The position numbers and the translations under genes were made by a program. From Candidatus Woesearchaeota archaeon (lineage in GTDB: Archaea; Nanobdellota; Nanobdellia; Pacearchaeales; GW2011-AR1): a DNA stretch of 58,114 bases. The stretch spans positions 1 through 58,114 of the forward strand of contig CAYYME010000001.1 in assembly GCA_964473005.1 (NCBI GenBank). Direction: 5' to 3'. Shown here one piece after another: positions 17,953-28,111 of this stretch (positions are counted from its first letter, which is position 1; each line of letters starts with the position of its first letter). The notes beneath the pieces are model-generated. The model saw only the letters and a program-made list of their open reading frames with translations, had not been told where the DNA came from and searched no databases.

Positions 17953-18258
17953 ATGATAAAAGATAACAAAGCCGTGAGCATGGCCGAAGTAACGCAATAT
18001 TTGAGTAAAGAAGAAGATAGCGACGCTGCTCTTTTGGGATTTATTAAAAAACTTACAAAACTTAAGCCTGATAAGGCAAAGGAACTTAAAAAGAAATTAG
18101 AGGAATTGGATATAATCAAAATAAATGAAAAACAAATCTGCAAAATGGCGGATTTTCTTCCTGAAACCTCTGAAGAATTAAACAAAATTACTTCTGACAT
18201 CGGACTAGATGAAGATGAAACAAAAAAAATTCTGGAAACAATTAAAAAATCCAAATAA
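17953..18258 (+). CDS. rpoF: RNA polymerase subunit F (Rpo4)-like protein
   Basis: About 100 aa, acidic/helical, in the conserved archaeal L21e-RpoF-DUF655 arrangement. Confidence 0.55.
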   Translation: MIKDNKAVSMAEVTQYLSKEEDSDAALLGFIKKLTKLKPDKAKELKKKLEELDIIKINEKQICKMADFLPETSEELNKITSDIGLDEDETKKILETIKKSK

Positions 18259-18263
18259 AAAAA

Positions 18264-18797
18264 ATGAGCAAAGACGAACATGCAATAATCCTAGAATACC
18301 TACCAAATGGATATCCCCTAGAGAAAAAGATGATTCCTATAGCACAGGCTGTAGGAGAGATGAACCTTACTCTTTTGGAATTGGTTCCCCGAAGAGGAAT
18401 TAATTTGAAAATTGGCGAGAAGGTGTATATTGGGGAGGGAAAAAGAGACAAAATATATTACATCTTAGGAAGATTAAATAAGGAAAAAATTACTGAATCT
18501 GCAAAAGAACAGCTTAAAGATTTTATAAGAAAGATAGTAAAAGAGCAGGAAAAAAAGTTTGTTGAGTTTTTCAATAAAGCAGAGGCAATAAACAAAAGAA
18601 CCCATCAGATAGAACTTATTCCTGGAATTGGTAAGAAGCACATGCAGGAAATCCTTAAAAAAAGGAAAGAAAAGGAATTTGAATCTTTTGAAGATATGAA
18701 AAAAAGAATTCAAAATTTGCCTGCCCCCGAAAAAGCCGTGGAAAAAAGAATATTTCAGGAATTAACAATATTAGAGAGGTATAATCTTTTTTGTTAA
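18264..18797 (+). CDS. DUF655-family predicted RNA-binding protein
   Basis: DEHAIILEYLPNGYP start and C-terminal HhH-like region typical of DUF655; conserved synteny. Confidence 0.7.
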   Translation: MSKDEHAIILEYLPNGYPLEKKMIPIAQAVGEMNLTLLELVPRRGINLKIGEKVYIGEGKRDKIYYILGRLNKEKITESAKEQLKDFIRKIVKEQEKKFVEFFNKAEAINKRTHQIELIPGIGKKHMQEILKKRKEKEFESFEDMKKRIQNLPAPEKAVEKRIFQELTILERYNLFC

Positions 18798-18798
18798 A

Positions 18799-19302
18799 AT
18801 GGCGGAAAAATCAAAAGAAGAAAAATATGAAGAAAAACTAGTTAGAATTATCTCCAAAGATATTGAAGGGGGGGTGCAGATATATCCTGGGCTCACAAAG
18901 ATAAAGGGGGTTTCATGGGGGCTGGCCAATGCGGTCTGCACAAAATTAAAAATAGATAAAAGAAGAAAAATCGGCTCTTTATCAGAAGAGGAAATAAAAA
19001 AGATTACTGAATTTTTAAAAAATCCTGAAGTTCCGGAGTATCTGCTAAACAGAAGAAAAGATTTTGAGACTGGAAAAGATCTTCATTTAACAGGAAGTGA
19101 TTTGGAATTACAAAAAGAATTTGACATAAAAAAATTAAAGAAGATAAAAAGTTACAGGGGGCTGAGGCACATGAGCGGATTGCCTATGCGGGGGCAAAGA
19201 ACAAAGAGTCATTTCAGAGTAAACAGAAGCAAAGGAGTGGGAATTAAAAGCAAGGCTAAAGAAAAAAAACAAGTAAAAAGTTATGAAGGGATGAAAAAAT
19301 GA
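18799..19302 (+). CDS. rps13: 30S ribosomal protein S13 (uS13)
   Basis: Sequence pattern and S13-S4-S11-RpoD order. Confidence 0.9.
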   Translation: MAEKSKEEKYEEKLVRIISKDIEGGVQIYPGLTKIKGVSWGLANAVCTKLKIDKRRKIGSLSEEEIKKITEFLKNPEVPEYLLNRRKDFETGKDLHLTGSDLELQKEFDIKKLKKIKSYRGLRHMSGLPMRGQRTKSHFRVNRSKGVGIKSKAKEKKQVKSYEGMKK

Positions 19303-19348
19303 AGAAAAAATTAAAAATTTTTAGTCCAATTGAAGGGAGAATTTTCAA

Positions 19349-19864
19349 ATGAAAAGAAAACATAAGAGATATTCCCGGCCAAAAAGACCTTTTGAGAAAA
19401 CCAGAATAGAAGAAGAAGTAAAAATAAAAAAAGAATTTGGACTGAAAAATAAAAAAGAGATTTGGAAGGCAGAGGCGAAAATTAAATCTATAAGGGAAAA
19501 GGCAAAAAAATTAATCGGTGCAGGTTCTGAAGAACAAAAGGTTTTACTAGGCAGATTAAAAAAACTTGGACTTAATGTGAATTCTATTTCGGATGTATTG
19601 GGACTTGATAAGAAAGATTATCTAAACAGGAGACTGCAAACAATTCTTGTAAATAAGAAACTGGCCCGGACTTCAAAAGGTGCCAGACAATTAATAACCC
19701 ACAAAAAAGTTTTAGTAAACGGAGAGGTTGTTCAGATTCCTTCATTCATAGTTCCTGTTGAATTAGAAAATAAAATAAACCTGAAACAAGGAATTAAGAA
19801 AAATAGAAAAATAAAAAAAGCAAAAATTGAAAATCCTGGAGATGAAATTTCGGAGGAAGACTAA
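19349..19864 (+). CDS. rps4: 30S ribosomal protein S4 (uS4)
   Basis: KRKHKRYSRPKRPF start, S4 RNA-binding domain, synteny. Confidence 0.9.
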   Translation: MKRKHKRYSRPKRPFEKTRIEEEVKIKKEFGLKNKKEIWKAEAKIKSIREKAKKLIGAGSEEQKVLLGRLKKLGLNVNSISDVLGLDKKDYLNRRLQTILVNKKLARTSKGARQLITHKKVLVNGEVVQIPSFIVPVELENKINLKQGIKKNRKIKKAKIENPGDEISEED

Positions 19865-20280
19865 TGGAAAAAGAAAAAGATGAAATCAAAAAAGAAAAAA
19901 AGAAAAAAGAAATAGAAGCCGTACTGAATATTTATTCTTCTTTCAACAACACAATAGTTCACGCCACAGACATGTCTGGAAAAACATTAGCCAAAGTCAC
20001 CGGAGGAATGGTTACAAAACACAGCAGATTAAAGGCCAACCCAACTATTGCGATGTTCATTGCCAAGAGGGTTGCAGAGGAACTGACAGAACTCGGAGCC
20101 AAATCCCTTTATGTAATTATAAGGGCAAAAACAGGAAATCCTTCGCCGGGACCAGGAGCCAACACAATAATAAAAAGTTTATCCAGAGAGGGATTTAAAA
20201 TCATAAATATCCTTGATTCCACAAAATTTCCGAGAGGAGGCCCAAAGAAACAGGGAGGGCGTAGAGGCAGGAGAGTATAA
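19864..20280 (+). CDS. rps11: 30S ribosomal protein S11 (uS11)
   Basis: IYSSFNNTIVHATD..., C-terminal PRGGPKKQGGRRGRRV; synteny. Confidence 0.9.
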   Translation: MEKEKDEIKKEKKKKEIEAVLNIYSSFNNTIVHATDMSGKTLAKVTGGMVTKHSRLKANPTIAMFIAKRVAEELTELGAKSLYVIIRAKTGNPSPGPGANTIIKSLSREGFKIINILDSTKFPRGGPKKQGGRRGRRV

Positions 20281-20348
20281 AATTGCCAAAACTTTTAACA
20301 AAGTCCGGAGGGAGAAGGGTTTAAATAAGCCCCTTATAATAATTCAAC

Positions 20349-21068
20349 ATGAAACTAATTGAAAAAAAAGAGAATAAGATAATATTTAGTGCAGAAATAG
20401 ATGAAAGTCTGGCAAATGCTATAAGAAGATATGTAAATCAGATTCCAATATTTGCAATTGATGAGGTTGAAATCTCAAAAAATGATTCTCCGCTGTATGA
20501 TGAAACAATTGCCCACAGAATAGGATTAATCCCTCTTAAACAAAATAAAGCAGATGAAAAAAAAGTTCTTAAATTAAAATTGGCAACAAGCAAAGAGGGA
20601 ATTGTTTACTCCGGAGAGTTAACCGGGAATTTAAAAGTTAGTTATGATAAAATACCTATAACCATATTAAACAGGGGGCAGGAATTAGAGGTTGTTGCAA
20701 TTGCAAAAGCAGGAAAGGGAAGCGAGCACTCAAAATTCTCTCCTGGACTGATGTTTTATAGAAATCTCTTTGAAATTAAAATTGACAAGGAATGCCCTAA
20801 AGAAGTTACTGAAAGCTGCCCACAGAATCTTTTGAAATTAAAGGATGGAAAAGTAGTTGCAGAAGATGTTTTCAAATGTGATATGTGCGGAAGCTGCGTA
20901 GACTTTTTTAAGAAAAGAAAAAAAGAGCAGATAGAGATAACCCCTGCAAAGGAAGTAATAATTAGCATAGAATCGTTCGGGCAGATTGATGAAAAAGAGA
21001 TATTCAAAGAGTCTGTAAAAGCGCTGAAAAAAGACCTTGCAGAAGTATCCAAAAAAATCGAAAAATAG
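20349..21068 (+). CDS. rpoD: DNA-directed RNA polymerase subunit D (Rpo3)
   Basis: ANAIRR, HRIGLIPL motifs and a Cys cluster (CPKE...CPQN...CDMCGSC). Confidence 0.85.
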   Translation: MKLIEKKENKIIFSAEIDESLANAIRRYVNQIPIFAIDEVEISKNDSPLYDETIAHRIGLIPLKQNKADEKKVLKLKLATSKEGIVYSGELTGNLKVSYDKIPITILNRGQELEVVAIAKAGKGSEHSKFSPGLMFYRNLFEIKIDKECPKEVTESCPQNLLKLKDGKVVAEDVFKCDMCGSCVDFFKKRKKEQIEITPAKEVIISIESFGQIDEKEIFKESVKALKKDLAEVSKKIEK

Positions 21069-21122
21069 TTTTCTAAAGATTTTTATATCTTTCTTTCTCC
21101 TTCATTTTAGTATATTAGAAAT

Positions 21123-21206
21123 GCGGATATGCCGGAGTGGTCAAACGGGGCAGACTCAAGATCTGCTGGCTTAGTGCCTACAGAGGTTCGAATCCTCTTA
21201 TCCGCA
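21123..21206 (+). tRNA. tRNA-Leu(CAA)
   Basis: GCGGATA/TATCCGC+A, anticodon arm GCAGA-CTCAAGA-TCTGC, long variable arm, T arm AGAGG-TTCGAAT-CCTCT. Confidence 0.9.
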
Positions 21207-21313
21207 TTAGAAAGATAGTTAGGATTTCTCAAAGCCGTGAAAACTCTGCAGTTTTTGTAATTATAAAATTTCAATAAAGAATATAAAGGAACAATGATTA
21301 TTATTTTTTAAAA

Positions 21314-21841
21314 ATGACAGGAGTTCGGGGCAAAAGGAAAGGGGTGCACACAAAAATTAGAGAGTGCAAAAATGGATTTCTACAAAAAAATAAAGATAAG
21401 AAAAATAGGGGGGATTATTTAGGCAGGTATAATCAAAAACCAGATACAGTTACAAAAAAAGGAAAATATTCAAAAGGGGTTTACAGATACAAACCGGAAA
21501 CCAACACCAGAGAATTGTTGGCTATAGAAAAATATTTTGACGCCACTCCTAAAAAAAAGATTAGTGAGAGATTAGACGAAATTCTTAAAGAGAATCCCAA
21601 AATAAAAGAAAAGAAATCACCTTTATTAGGAATAATATATGGGCTTCTGAATGAAATATTAACTACAGACAGAATAATGGAGGTATATCCTACTCTAAAC
21701 TTGGGGGATGCAACTGACAAACTAATAAATATGGGAAATTATTCCAGAAATGACGGAGAAGAATACATTACTATGCTTACAAGACATTACATAAAAAGTG
21801 AGGAAGAGGCAGACATACTTGCCCAAAATATTTATAAATAG
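21314..21841 (+). CDS. hypothetical protein with highly basic N-terminus, inserted in the r-protein operon
   Basis: 175-aa ORF between tRNA-Leu and L18e; no recognisable motif. Confidence 0.45.
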   Translation: MTGVRGKRKGVHTKIRECKNGFLQKNKDKKNRGDYLGRYNQKPDTVTKKGKYSKGVYRYKPETNTRELLAIEKYFDATPKKKISERLDEILKENPKIKEKKSPLLGIIYGLLNEILTTDRIMEVYPTLNLGDATDKLINMGNYSRNDGEEYITMLTRHYIKSEEEADILAQNIYK

Positions 21842-21909
21842 ACATTCACTCGGATTTTTACCTGCGAGTTAATCGCGCTTTAGCGGGAAATTTTTTCTCG
21901 TTGATTAAG

Positions 21910-22272
21910 ATGGAAACAAAAATAAATAAGCAATTGCAGAAAAAAACAAATCCTGAACTAGTAAAAACTATTTTAGCCTGTAAAAACAAAGAAAAATGGG
22001 GGGAAATTGGGAAGATTCTTTCAGGCTCGGTAAAAAAAAGATTTTGCTTAAATCTTGAAGAAATAAATAATCTTTTCAAAGAAGATGAACAAATCGTTAT
22101 TCCAGGTAAGGTTTTATCGCAGGGGGCGTTAAACAGAAAGATAAAAATTATTGCCCTGGGCTTTTCTGAAAAAGCAAGGGAAAAATTATTAAAATCAGGA
22201 AACAAAATTTCCAGCATATATGCAGAAATTAAAGCAAATCCTGAAGCTAAAGGACTTAAAATTTTAAAATGA
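21910..22272 (+). CDS. rpl18e: 50S ribosomal protein L18e
   Basis: Sequence pattern and L18e-L13-S9 order; ATG at 21910 preferred over the TTG at 21901. Confidence 0.8.
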   Translation: METKINKQLQKKTNPELVKTILACKNKEKWGEIGKILSGSVKKRFCLNLEEINNLFKEDEQIVIPGKVLSQGALNRKIKIIALGFSEKAREKLLKSGNKISSIYAEIKANPEAKGLKILK

Positions 22273-22664
22273 AAATCATCGACGGCAAAAACGCGGTTCT
22301 TGGAAGGCTTGCAAGCTATGCTGCGAAAGAGGCTCTGAAAGGCGAAGAGATAGTCATTCTGAATTGCGGGCAAGTAGTTATAACTGGGAACAAAAAAAAT
22401 ATTCAGGAAGAATTCAGAAAAAAGAGGGGCAGGGTTGGAAGCGGACAGAAAGGGCCAAAACATTCCAGGACAAGCGAGAAAATAATCAAAAGAACCATAA
22501 GGGGTATGCTTCCTGAACACAGATTTGGTAGAGGGAGTGAGGCATTTAAAAGAATAAAGTGTTATTCCGGAATTCCCAAAGAATTTGAAAAAGAAAAGAA
22601 AATCGTCGGGGGAAAAGAGAAAAAAACTAAATTTATTTCAGTAAATGAGGTTTCAAAAGTATGA
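22269..22664 (+). CDS. rpl13: 50S ribosomal protein L13 (uL13)
   Basis: IIDGKNAVLGRLAS... start; ATGA overlaps on both sides. Confidence 0.9.
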   Translation: MKIIDGKNAVLGRLASYAAKEALKGEEIVILNCGQVVITGNKKNIQEEFRKKRGRVGSGQKGPKHSRTSEKIIKRTIRGMLPEHRFGRGSEAFKRIKCYSGIPKEFEKEKKIVGGKEKKTKFISVNEVSKV

Positions 22665-23059
22665 AAATAATAACTTCCGGAAAAAGAAAAAGTGCAGTTG
22701 CAAGGGCTGTTCTTATTGAAGGTGCTGGAAGAATTAGCATAAACAGAAAAGATTACAGGAATCTGCAGATTTTTGACAGATTAAAAATAGAAGAACCATT
22801 AAGGATTGCCGAAAAAATCCTGGAAAAAATTAATTTTGATGCTGAAATAAATGTGAAGGGGGGCGGAGAAAAAGGACAGATTGAAGCGGCGAGGATTGCA
22901 CTGGCAAAGGCAATTGTGGAATTTTCAAATAATAAAGAATTAGAAAAAGCCTTTTTAGAGTATGACAGAAATCTGCTTGTAGCAGATATCAGGAGAAAGG
23001 AAGCATATAAACCCGGTGACAGCAAGGCAAGAAGAAAAAGACAGACTTCCTATCGTTAG
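22661..23059 (+). CDS. rps9: 30S ribosomal protein S9 (uS9)
   Basis: GKRKSAVARA start and C-terminal ARRKRQTSYR. Confidence 0.9.
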   Translation: MKIITSGKRKSAVARAVLIEGAGRISINRKDYRNLQIFDRLKIEEPLRIAEKILEKINFDAEINVKGGGEKGQIEAARIALAKAIVEFSNNKELEKAFLEYDRNLLVADIRRKEAYKPGDSKARRKRQTSYR

Positions 23060-23150
23060 GTTTTCTGCATCAATTTTTAACAAATTGCTGGAAGGAAGAG
23101 GCAGACGAGTTATAGATAAGATTTATTAAGAATATTTTCTTAAAGTAGAT

Positions 23151-23342
23151 ATGGCAAAAAGTAAAAAATTAAATCCAAATCAAGCAATTATTATCCTTGG
23201 AAGTTTTCTGACGCTCGGTGGATTAATCTCCTTAATACTGAATTATTTAAATTCGGACAAGATAAGTTCTTTTGTTTCCTCAGCATTTTTATTATTAATG
23301 GGGATTATTATGATCTTTTTAGGAATCAAAACAGAGATATAA
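23151..23342 (+). CDS. small membrane protein (2 TM)
   Basis: 63-aa ORF with two hydrophobic helices. Confidence 0.4.
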   Translation: MAKSKKLNPNQAIIILGSFLTLGGLISLILNYLNSDKISSFVSSAFLLLMGIIMIFLGIKTEI

Positions 23343-23370
23343 TTGTTATTTCAATTCTGGTTTTTCTAAC

Positions 23371-24153
23371 TTATTTTGGATTTTTTATTCCCAATCTTTC
23401 TAATTTATCCTGAACGTGGTTGAAGAGAGTTGAAGAGATGAGGGGCTGATGGGTTCCCTGATGTGTCTGCCCATCAAACTTGACTTTTCCTAAATAAGCC
23501 TGGTTCTTAAGTATTTTTTTCAACCCATTTACTGAAAAACCATATTTTTTTGCTAATTTAGTCAGGCTAATATCCTGATTAAGAAATTCCTGAAAAACTT
23601 CCTGGACCTGGAAAGAGTTCTGGGCTGGAATAAGCTTTTTGTTTTCCATTTTATAGCCCCAGGGAGCCCTCGTTATTGGATTTCCATCCCTTGCCTTTTT
23701 ATCCATTGAAAACTTAGTTCTATCCCCTGTAACATTTCTTTCAAATTCTGCAAATGCAGAGATAATATGGAACATGAGCTTTCCAGAAGCACTTGTTGTT
23801 TCTATCTTATCCTGGAGAGAGATAAAATCAATATTCCATTTTTTCAGCTGTTCAATTGTTTCAATCAAATCCCTCAGGCTTCTTGAAAACCTATCTAACT
23901 TGTAGATTAAGATTGCCTGAAATTTATGAGATTGGGCATCTTGCAGTATTTGCATCATCTCTGGCCTGTGTGTAATATCTTTTGCAGATTTTCCTTCATC
24001 TTTGTAAATTTTAAAAATTGCATATCCTAAAGCAGATGCATAATTTTTCAGGGCTTCTTCCTGAGCAGCTAAAGAAATTCCCTGCCTTGCTTGTTCTTCT
24101 GTTGAAACACGGACATAAATCGCTGCTAATTGCTTATTTGATCCTATTTTATT
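23371..24153 (-). CDS. serine recombinase (resolvase/invertase catalytic domain + recombinase domain), no canonical start codon
   Basis: Hand translation upstream of the tracked ORF gives NKIGSNKQLAAIYVRVSTEEQARQGISL... in frame with ...LIYKLDRFSRS...SASGKLMFHIISAFAEFERN. No ATG/GTG/TTG between the in-frame TGA (24154-24156) and the catalytic Ser. Confidence 0.75.
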   Translation of the reverse strand, partial: NKIGSNKQLAAIYVRVSTEEQARQGISLAAQEEALKNYASALGYAIFKIYKDEGKSAKDITHRPEMMQILQDAQSHKFQAILIYKLDRFSRSLRDLIETIEQLKKWNIDFISLQDKIETTSASGKLMFHIISAFAEFERNVTGDRTKFSMDKKARDGNPITRAPWGYKMENKKLIPAQNSFQVQEVFQEFLNQDISLTKLAKKYGFSVNGLKKILKNQAYLGKVKFDGQTHQGTHQPLISSTLFNHVQDKLERLGIKNPK

Positions 24154-24299
24154 TCACCTTTATAAGTAGAATAATGTGCACTAAGGTTTAAAAAGCTATG
24201 GTTCACGTGTCTTTAGGGTGCCCTAAGTGCTCGTTTTATAGAAAGAAATGGAAAAAGAAAGGAAAATTGGCAGAATTGCACGAACTATTAAATAATCTT

Positions 24300-24425
24300 T
24301 TAAGGAGCTCCCATATTTTTCTGTTGTTTAGTTAGCTCCCTTTGGCTTAAAATTGAGAGAAGAATCGCAGGAATCAAAAATAACCAATCAACCAGAAAAG
24401 CCAGAACAATAAAAAGAAGAGCCAT
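24300..24425 (-). CDS. small single-TM protein (41 aa, MALLFIVLAFLVDWLFLIPAILLSILSQRELTKQQKNMGAP)
   Basis: ATG-to-TAA frame read by hand; strongly hydrophobic. Confidence 0.3.
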   Translation of the reverse strand: MALLFIVLAFLVDWLFLIPAILLSILSQRELTKQQKNMGAP

Positions 24426-24616
24426 TAGCGAATAGATTACAACTTTTAAGTTTTTCATTTAGTTTAGATGTTTTTAAGGTTTATACAGATATATTGTGTG
24501 GAGTTTTTAGATTAGCTTTGTTATTTTCAATGTTTGGCCAAACTCTATGATGCATATGGCCTTTCCCATTAATTGTATATATTAAGTAGTGCATTGGGAT
24601 TGAATACTCGACTAGT

Positions 24617-24850
24617 TCAACCCCCTTCTTTTATTTTTTGTTCTTCAATATCCAAATATTCAGCATATTCTCCTTTTTCTAATTCATGCTTTTTTGGGCC
24701 ATATTTTACTAATTTTCCCTTAAAATTAACAATATGCAATATTTTTGCATTTAATTCTTGATAGCCTGTGGAAGTTATGCACTTAGGTTGGCTTAGTTTA
24801 TGTTTTGGTATTTTTGGGTGTTTAAGGCTGTTTAAACAGCCTGTTTGCCC
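24617..24850 (-). pseudogene. 77-codon open frame without ATG/GTG start (...KILHIVNFKGKLVKYGPKKHELEKGEYAEYLDIEEQKIKEGG*), probable gene remnant
   Basis: Hand translation of the minus strand; only a mid-frame TTG is available as a start. Confidence 0.3.
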
Positions 24851-24976
24851 TTATTTTTTTCGACAAACACCCTATTTTTTAAGGAAAAATGGAAAAAGAT
24901 GGTGAAAAATTAAAAGAAGAAATAATAGATTAGTAATGCGTTTTTCGTCGAAAAACAAAAAATATTTAAATAGATT

Positions 24977-25594
24977 ATGGTAAGTTATATTATGTTTGGT
25001 TGGTTTTTTAGAAAAAAAGAGGTAGAACAGATAAAAGAGGACACAAAGAAGGGATTTGATTCTGTCAAAAAAGACATTATAAGTATGAGTGGGTGGATTA
25101 AACATCTGGATTCTGAAAAAAATTTGCATAAAAAAGAGATAGATGAATTAAGTGAAATTTTATCGTCGGTAAAAGAGGAAGTTGAAGGACTTAAAAATGT
25201 CTTATCAATAATGAATGAGCTTAAACCTAAACAGTTGTTTAAAACAAACAAACAGATGTTTAACAAACAAACAGGTGTTTATGCTGTTCAAACAGGTGTT
25301 CAAACAGGTGTTCAAACACCAAATTTAGACCAATTTTCAATAACAGAAAGGGCTATACTTTGGATATTATTAAATACAGACATGAAACTTGGATATGATG
25401 ATTTAGCTTCTATGCTGGGCAAAGAGAGATCAACAATAAGGGGGCAGATAAATGCAATAAAACAAAAGAATAGGGAGTTAATTGAAGAAGAAACAGAAAA
25501 AAATGGGAAAAAGAGAGTGTTTATACCTGAAAATATGAAGGAAAAGATGCTCAAAAAAATAAAAGTGAGAGTTAATAACAAAAGAAAAGCATAA
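24977..25594 (+). CDS. coiled-coil / (QTGV)n linker / C-terminal winged-helix DNA-binding protein
   Basis: N-terminal heptad-rich region, in-frame 12-nt repeats (25268-25312), C-terminal ITERAILWILL...LASMLGKERSTIRGQINAIK wHTH-like. Confidence 0.55.
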   Translation: MVSYIMFGWFFRKKEVEQIKEDTKKGFDSVKKDIISMSGWIKHLDSEKNLHKKEIDELSEILSSVKEEVEGLKNVLSIMNELKPKQLFKTNKQMFNKQTGVYAVQTGVQTGVQTPNLDQFSITERAILWILLNTDMKLGYDDLASMLGKERSTIRGQINAIKQKNRELIEEETEKNGKKRVFIPENMKEKMLKKIKVRVNNKRKA

Positions 25595-25723
25595 TAAAAT
25601 AAGAAAAAACAGCATACAGAAGGCAAAAATGAGTGTTATTTGAATCTGAAATAGTTTAAAAAAAGGGGTTTTAGGGGCTATAAAGAAAAGATAATAGTTA
25701 TTCGGTAAGGGGCTTTTTACCTA

Positions 25724-26401
<678 letters not shown>

Positions 26402-26451
26402 AAAAAAATTGAAAATTCAGAAGTATAAAAGCTTTCAGATAATGAAGAATA

Positions 26452-26724
26452 TTAATCTTTTAGATTAGTTTTATATGCCTGATAAGCCCCATCACTCATT
26501 TTCCACCTGCTCCTTGTTTTGTAGTCTATCCCTTTGGGATTCTTCTTTATCTCTATAACGAGTTTATTCTTTTTCAGCCCAGATAATATCTTTTTAATAA
26601 ATTCTTCATCCCGAGCCATTTCCTTTGCAATATGGCGGGTAAAGAGAGGAGAAGGATTGCAGGAATATAGGAGAGCCAAAATCTGCTCGGAAATTTTCTC
26701 TTTTTTCTCTTTGGATATTTTCAT
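26452..26724 (-). CDS. small winged-helix (MarR/ArsR-like) DNA-binding protein
   Basis: 90 aa; ISEQILALLYS...FTRHIAKEMARDEEFIKKILSGLKKNKLV HTH-wing pattern. Confidence 0.5.
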   Translation of the reverse strand: MKISKEKKEKISEQILALLYSCNPSPLFTRHIAKEMARDEEFIKKILSGLKKNKLVIEIKKNPKGIDYKTRSRWKMSDGAYQAYKTNLKD

Positions 26725-26769
26725 AAGCTATAGAAAAACTTTGTTATTTAAAACCTTATGCTGATCTTG

Positions 26770-27186
26770 CTAGTCTTTTTTTTCCTGAATTTTCAGAGTG
26801 GGGAGCTGAAAATGAATGGGGAGATTCATCTCTTCCTCTAATTGAATCGCCCTTAAACCTGCTTTTCTCATAATAATATTAAAAAGAGTTTGCCTAAACT
26901 CGCTTGGCATTTGCTTGCCTTTCCATTCTTTCAAAACCTCTTTTGCCATCTTGGGTTCCAGAGAAAGAACAATGTTTCCTTCTAAATCTATTTTTGCCAG
27001 TTCTGGCTCATAATCCAACCCAAAAGTGAATTTCACAGCAAGAATTTCCTCTCTTGTTTTTAGCATGTCTGCCTTTGTAGATAATATATTTGAAACATCT
27101 ATCCGCGTTCCTATCTTTAAATTTTCCACCCTATCTTTAAATTTCTCCACCTGGACTTTTGTAAAATTAAATCCTAAAATTTTCAT
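26770..27186 (-). CDS. hypothetical protein (possible SecB-like/beta-sheet chaperone fold; very tentative)
   Basis: 138-aa ORF with no competing ORF. Confidence 0.45.
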   Translation of the reverse strand: MKILGFNFTKVQVEKFKDRVENLKIGTRIDVSNILSTKADMLKTREEILAVKFTFGLDYEPELAKIDLEGNIVLSLEPKMAKEVLKEWKGKQMPSEFRQTLFNIIMRKAGLRAIQLEEEMNLPIHFQLPTLKIQEKKD

Positions 27187-27285
27187 GTTTTATTATCTAA
27201 ATATTAGTATTTAAATATTTATATATTATATTAAATTTTTAAAGAAAACCCTAAACAGAACAGACTATATTCAATAATTAATTTT

Positions 27286-27549
27286 TTATATTAAATCTTC
27301 TTCAGAAACAATCACAAAATCACCAATAGCAATGATTGAACTATGGGGAATTAATATCTCATTAGAAGATGTTTTTTCCAGATTTAAATTTCGGGCATAA
27401 ATTGTGGGGTCTTTTACAACAACATTAATCAATTCACCGGATCTTGTTTCAAAAGTAATGTCCTTAACAAAGCCCAACCTTTTTCCTTCTTTGGTTACAA
27501 TCATCTTCCCGATAAGAGCATTGAAAGGATTCTTGTTGGTTGTTTGCAT
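27286..27549 (-). CDS. PRC-barrel domain protein
   Basis: LIGKMIVTKEGKRLGFVKDITFETRSGELINVVV pattern typical of PRC barrels. Confidence 0.6.
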   Translation of the reverse strand: MQTTNKNPFNALIGKMIVTKEGKRLGFVKDITFETRSGELINVVVKDPTIYARNLNLEKTSSNEILIPHSSIIAIGDFVIVSEEDLI

Positions 27550-27600
27550 ACTTAATGTAAAAGAGACTAATTTATAAATTTTTCTGTAAAATTAAATAGA

Positions 27601-28111
<511 letters not shown>

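Noticed and set aside
17859-18281. 140-aa minus-strand ORF
   Set aside because: It is antisense to L21e/RpoF and has a low-complexity S/F/L-rich translation, so it is a shadow ORF.
21858-22520. 220-aa ORF on the minus strand
   Set aside because: It is entirely antisense to the well-supported L18e and L13 genes. Its sequence is low-complexity and Phe/Ser/Leu-rich, typical of shadow ORFs in AT-rich DNA.
24573-24761. 62-aa plus-strand ORF in the island
   Set aside because: Its sequence is low-complexity and Ser/Phe-rich, and it lies antisense to the longer startless frame. There is no promoter-like box at the right distance.
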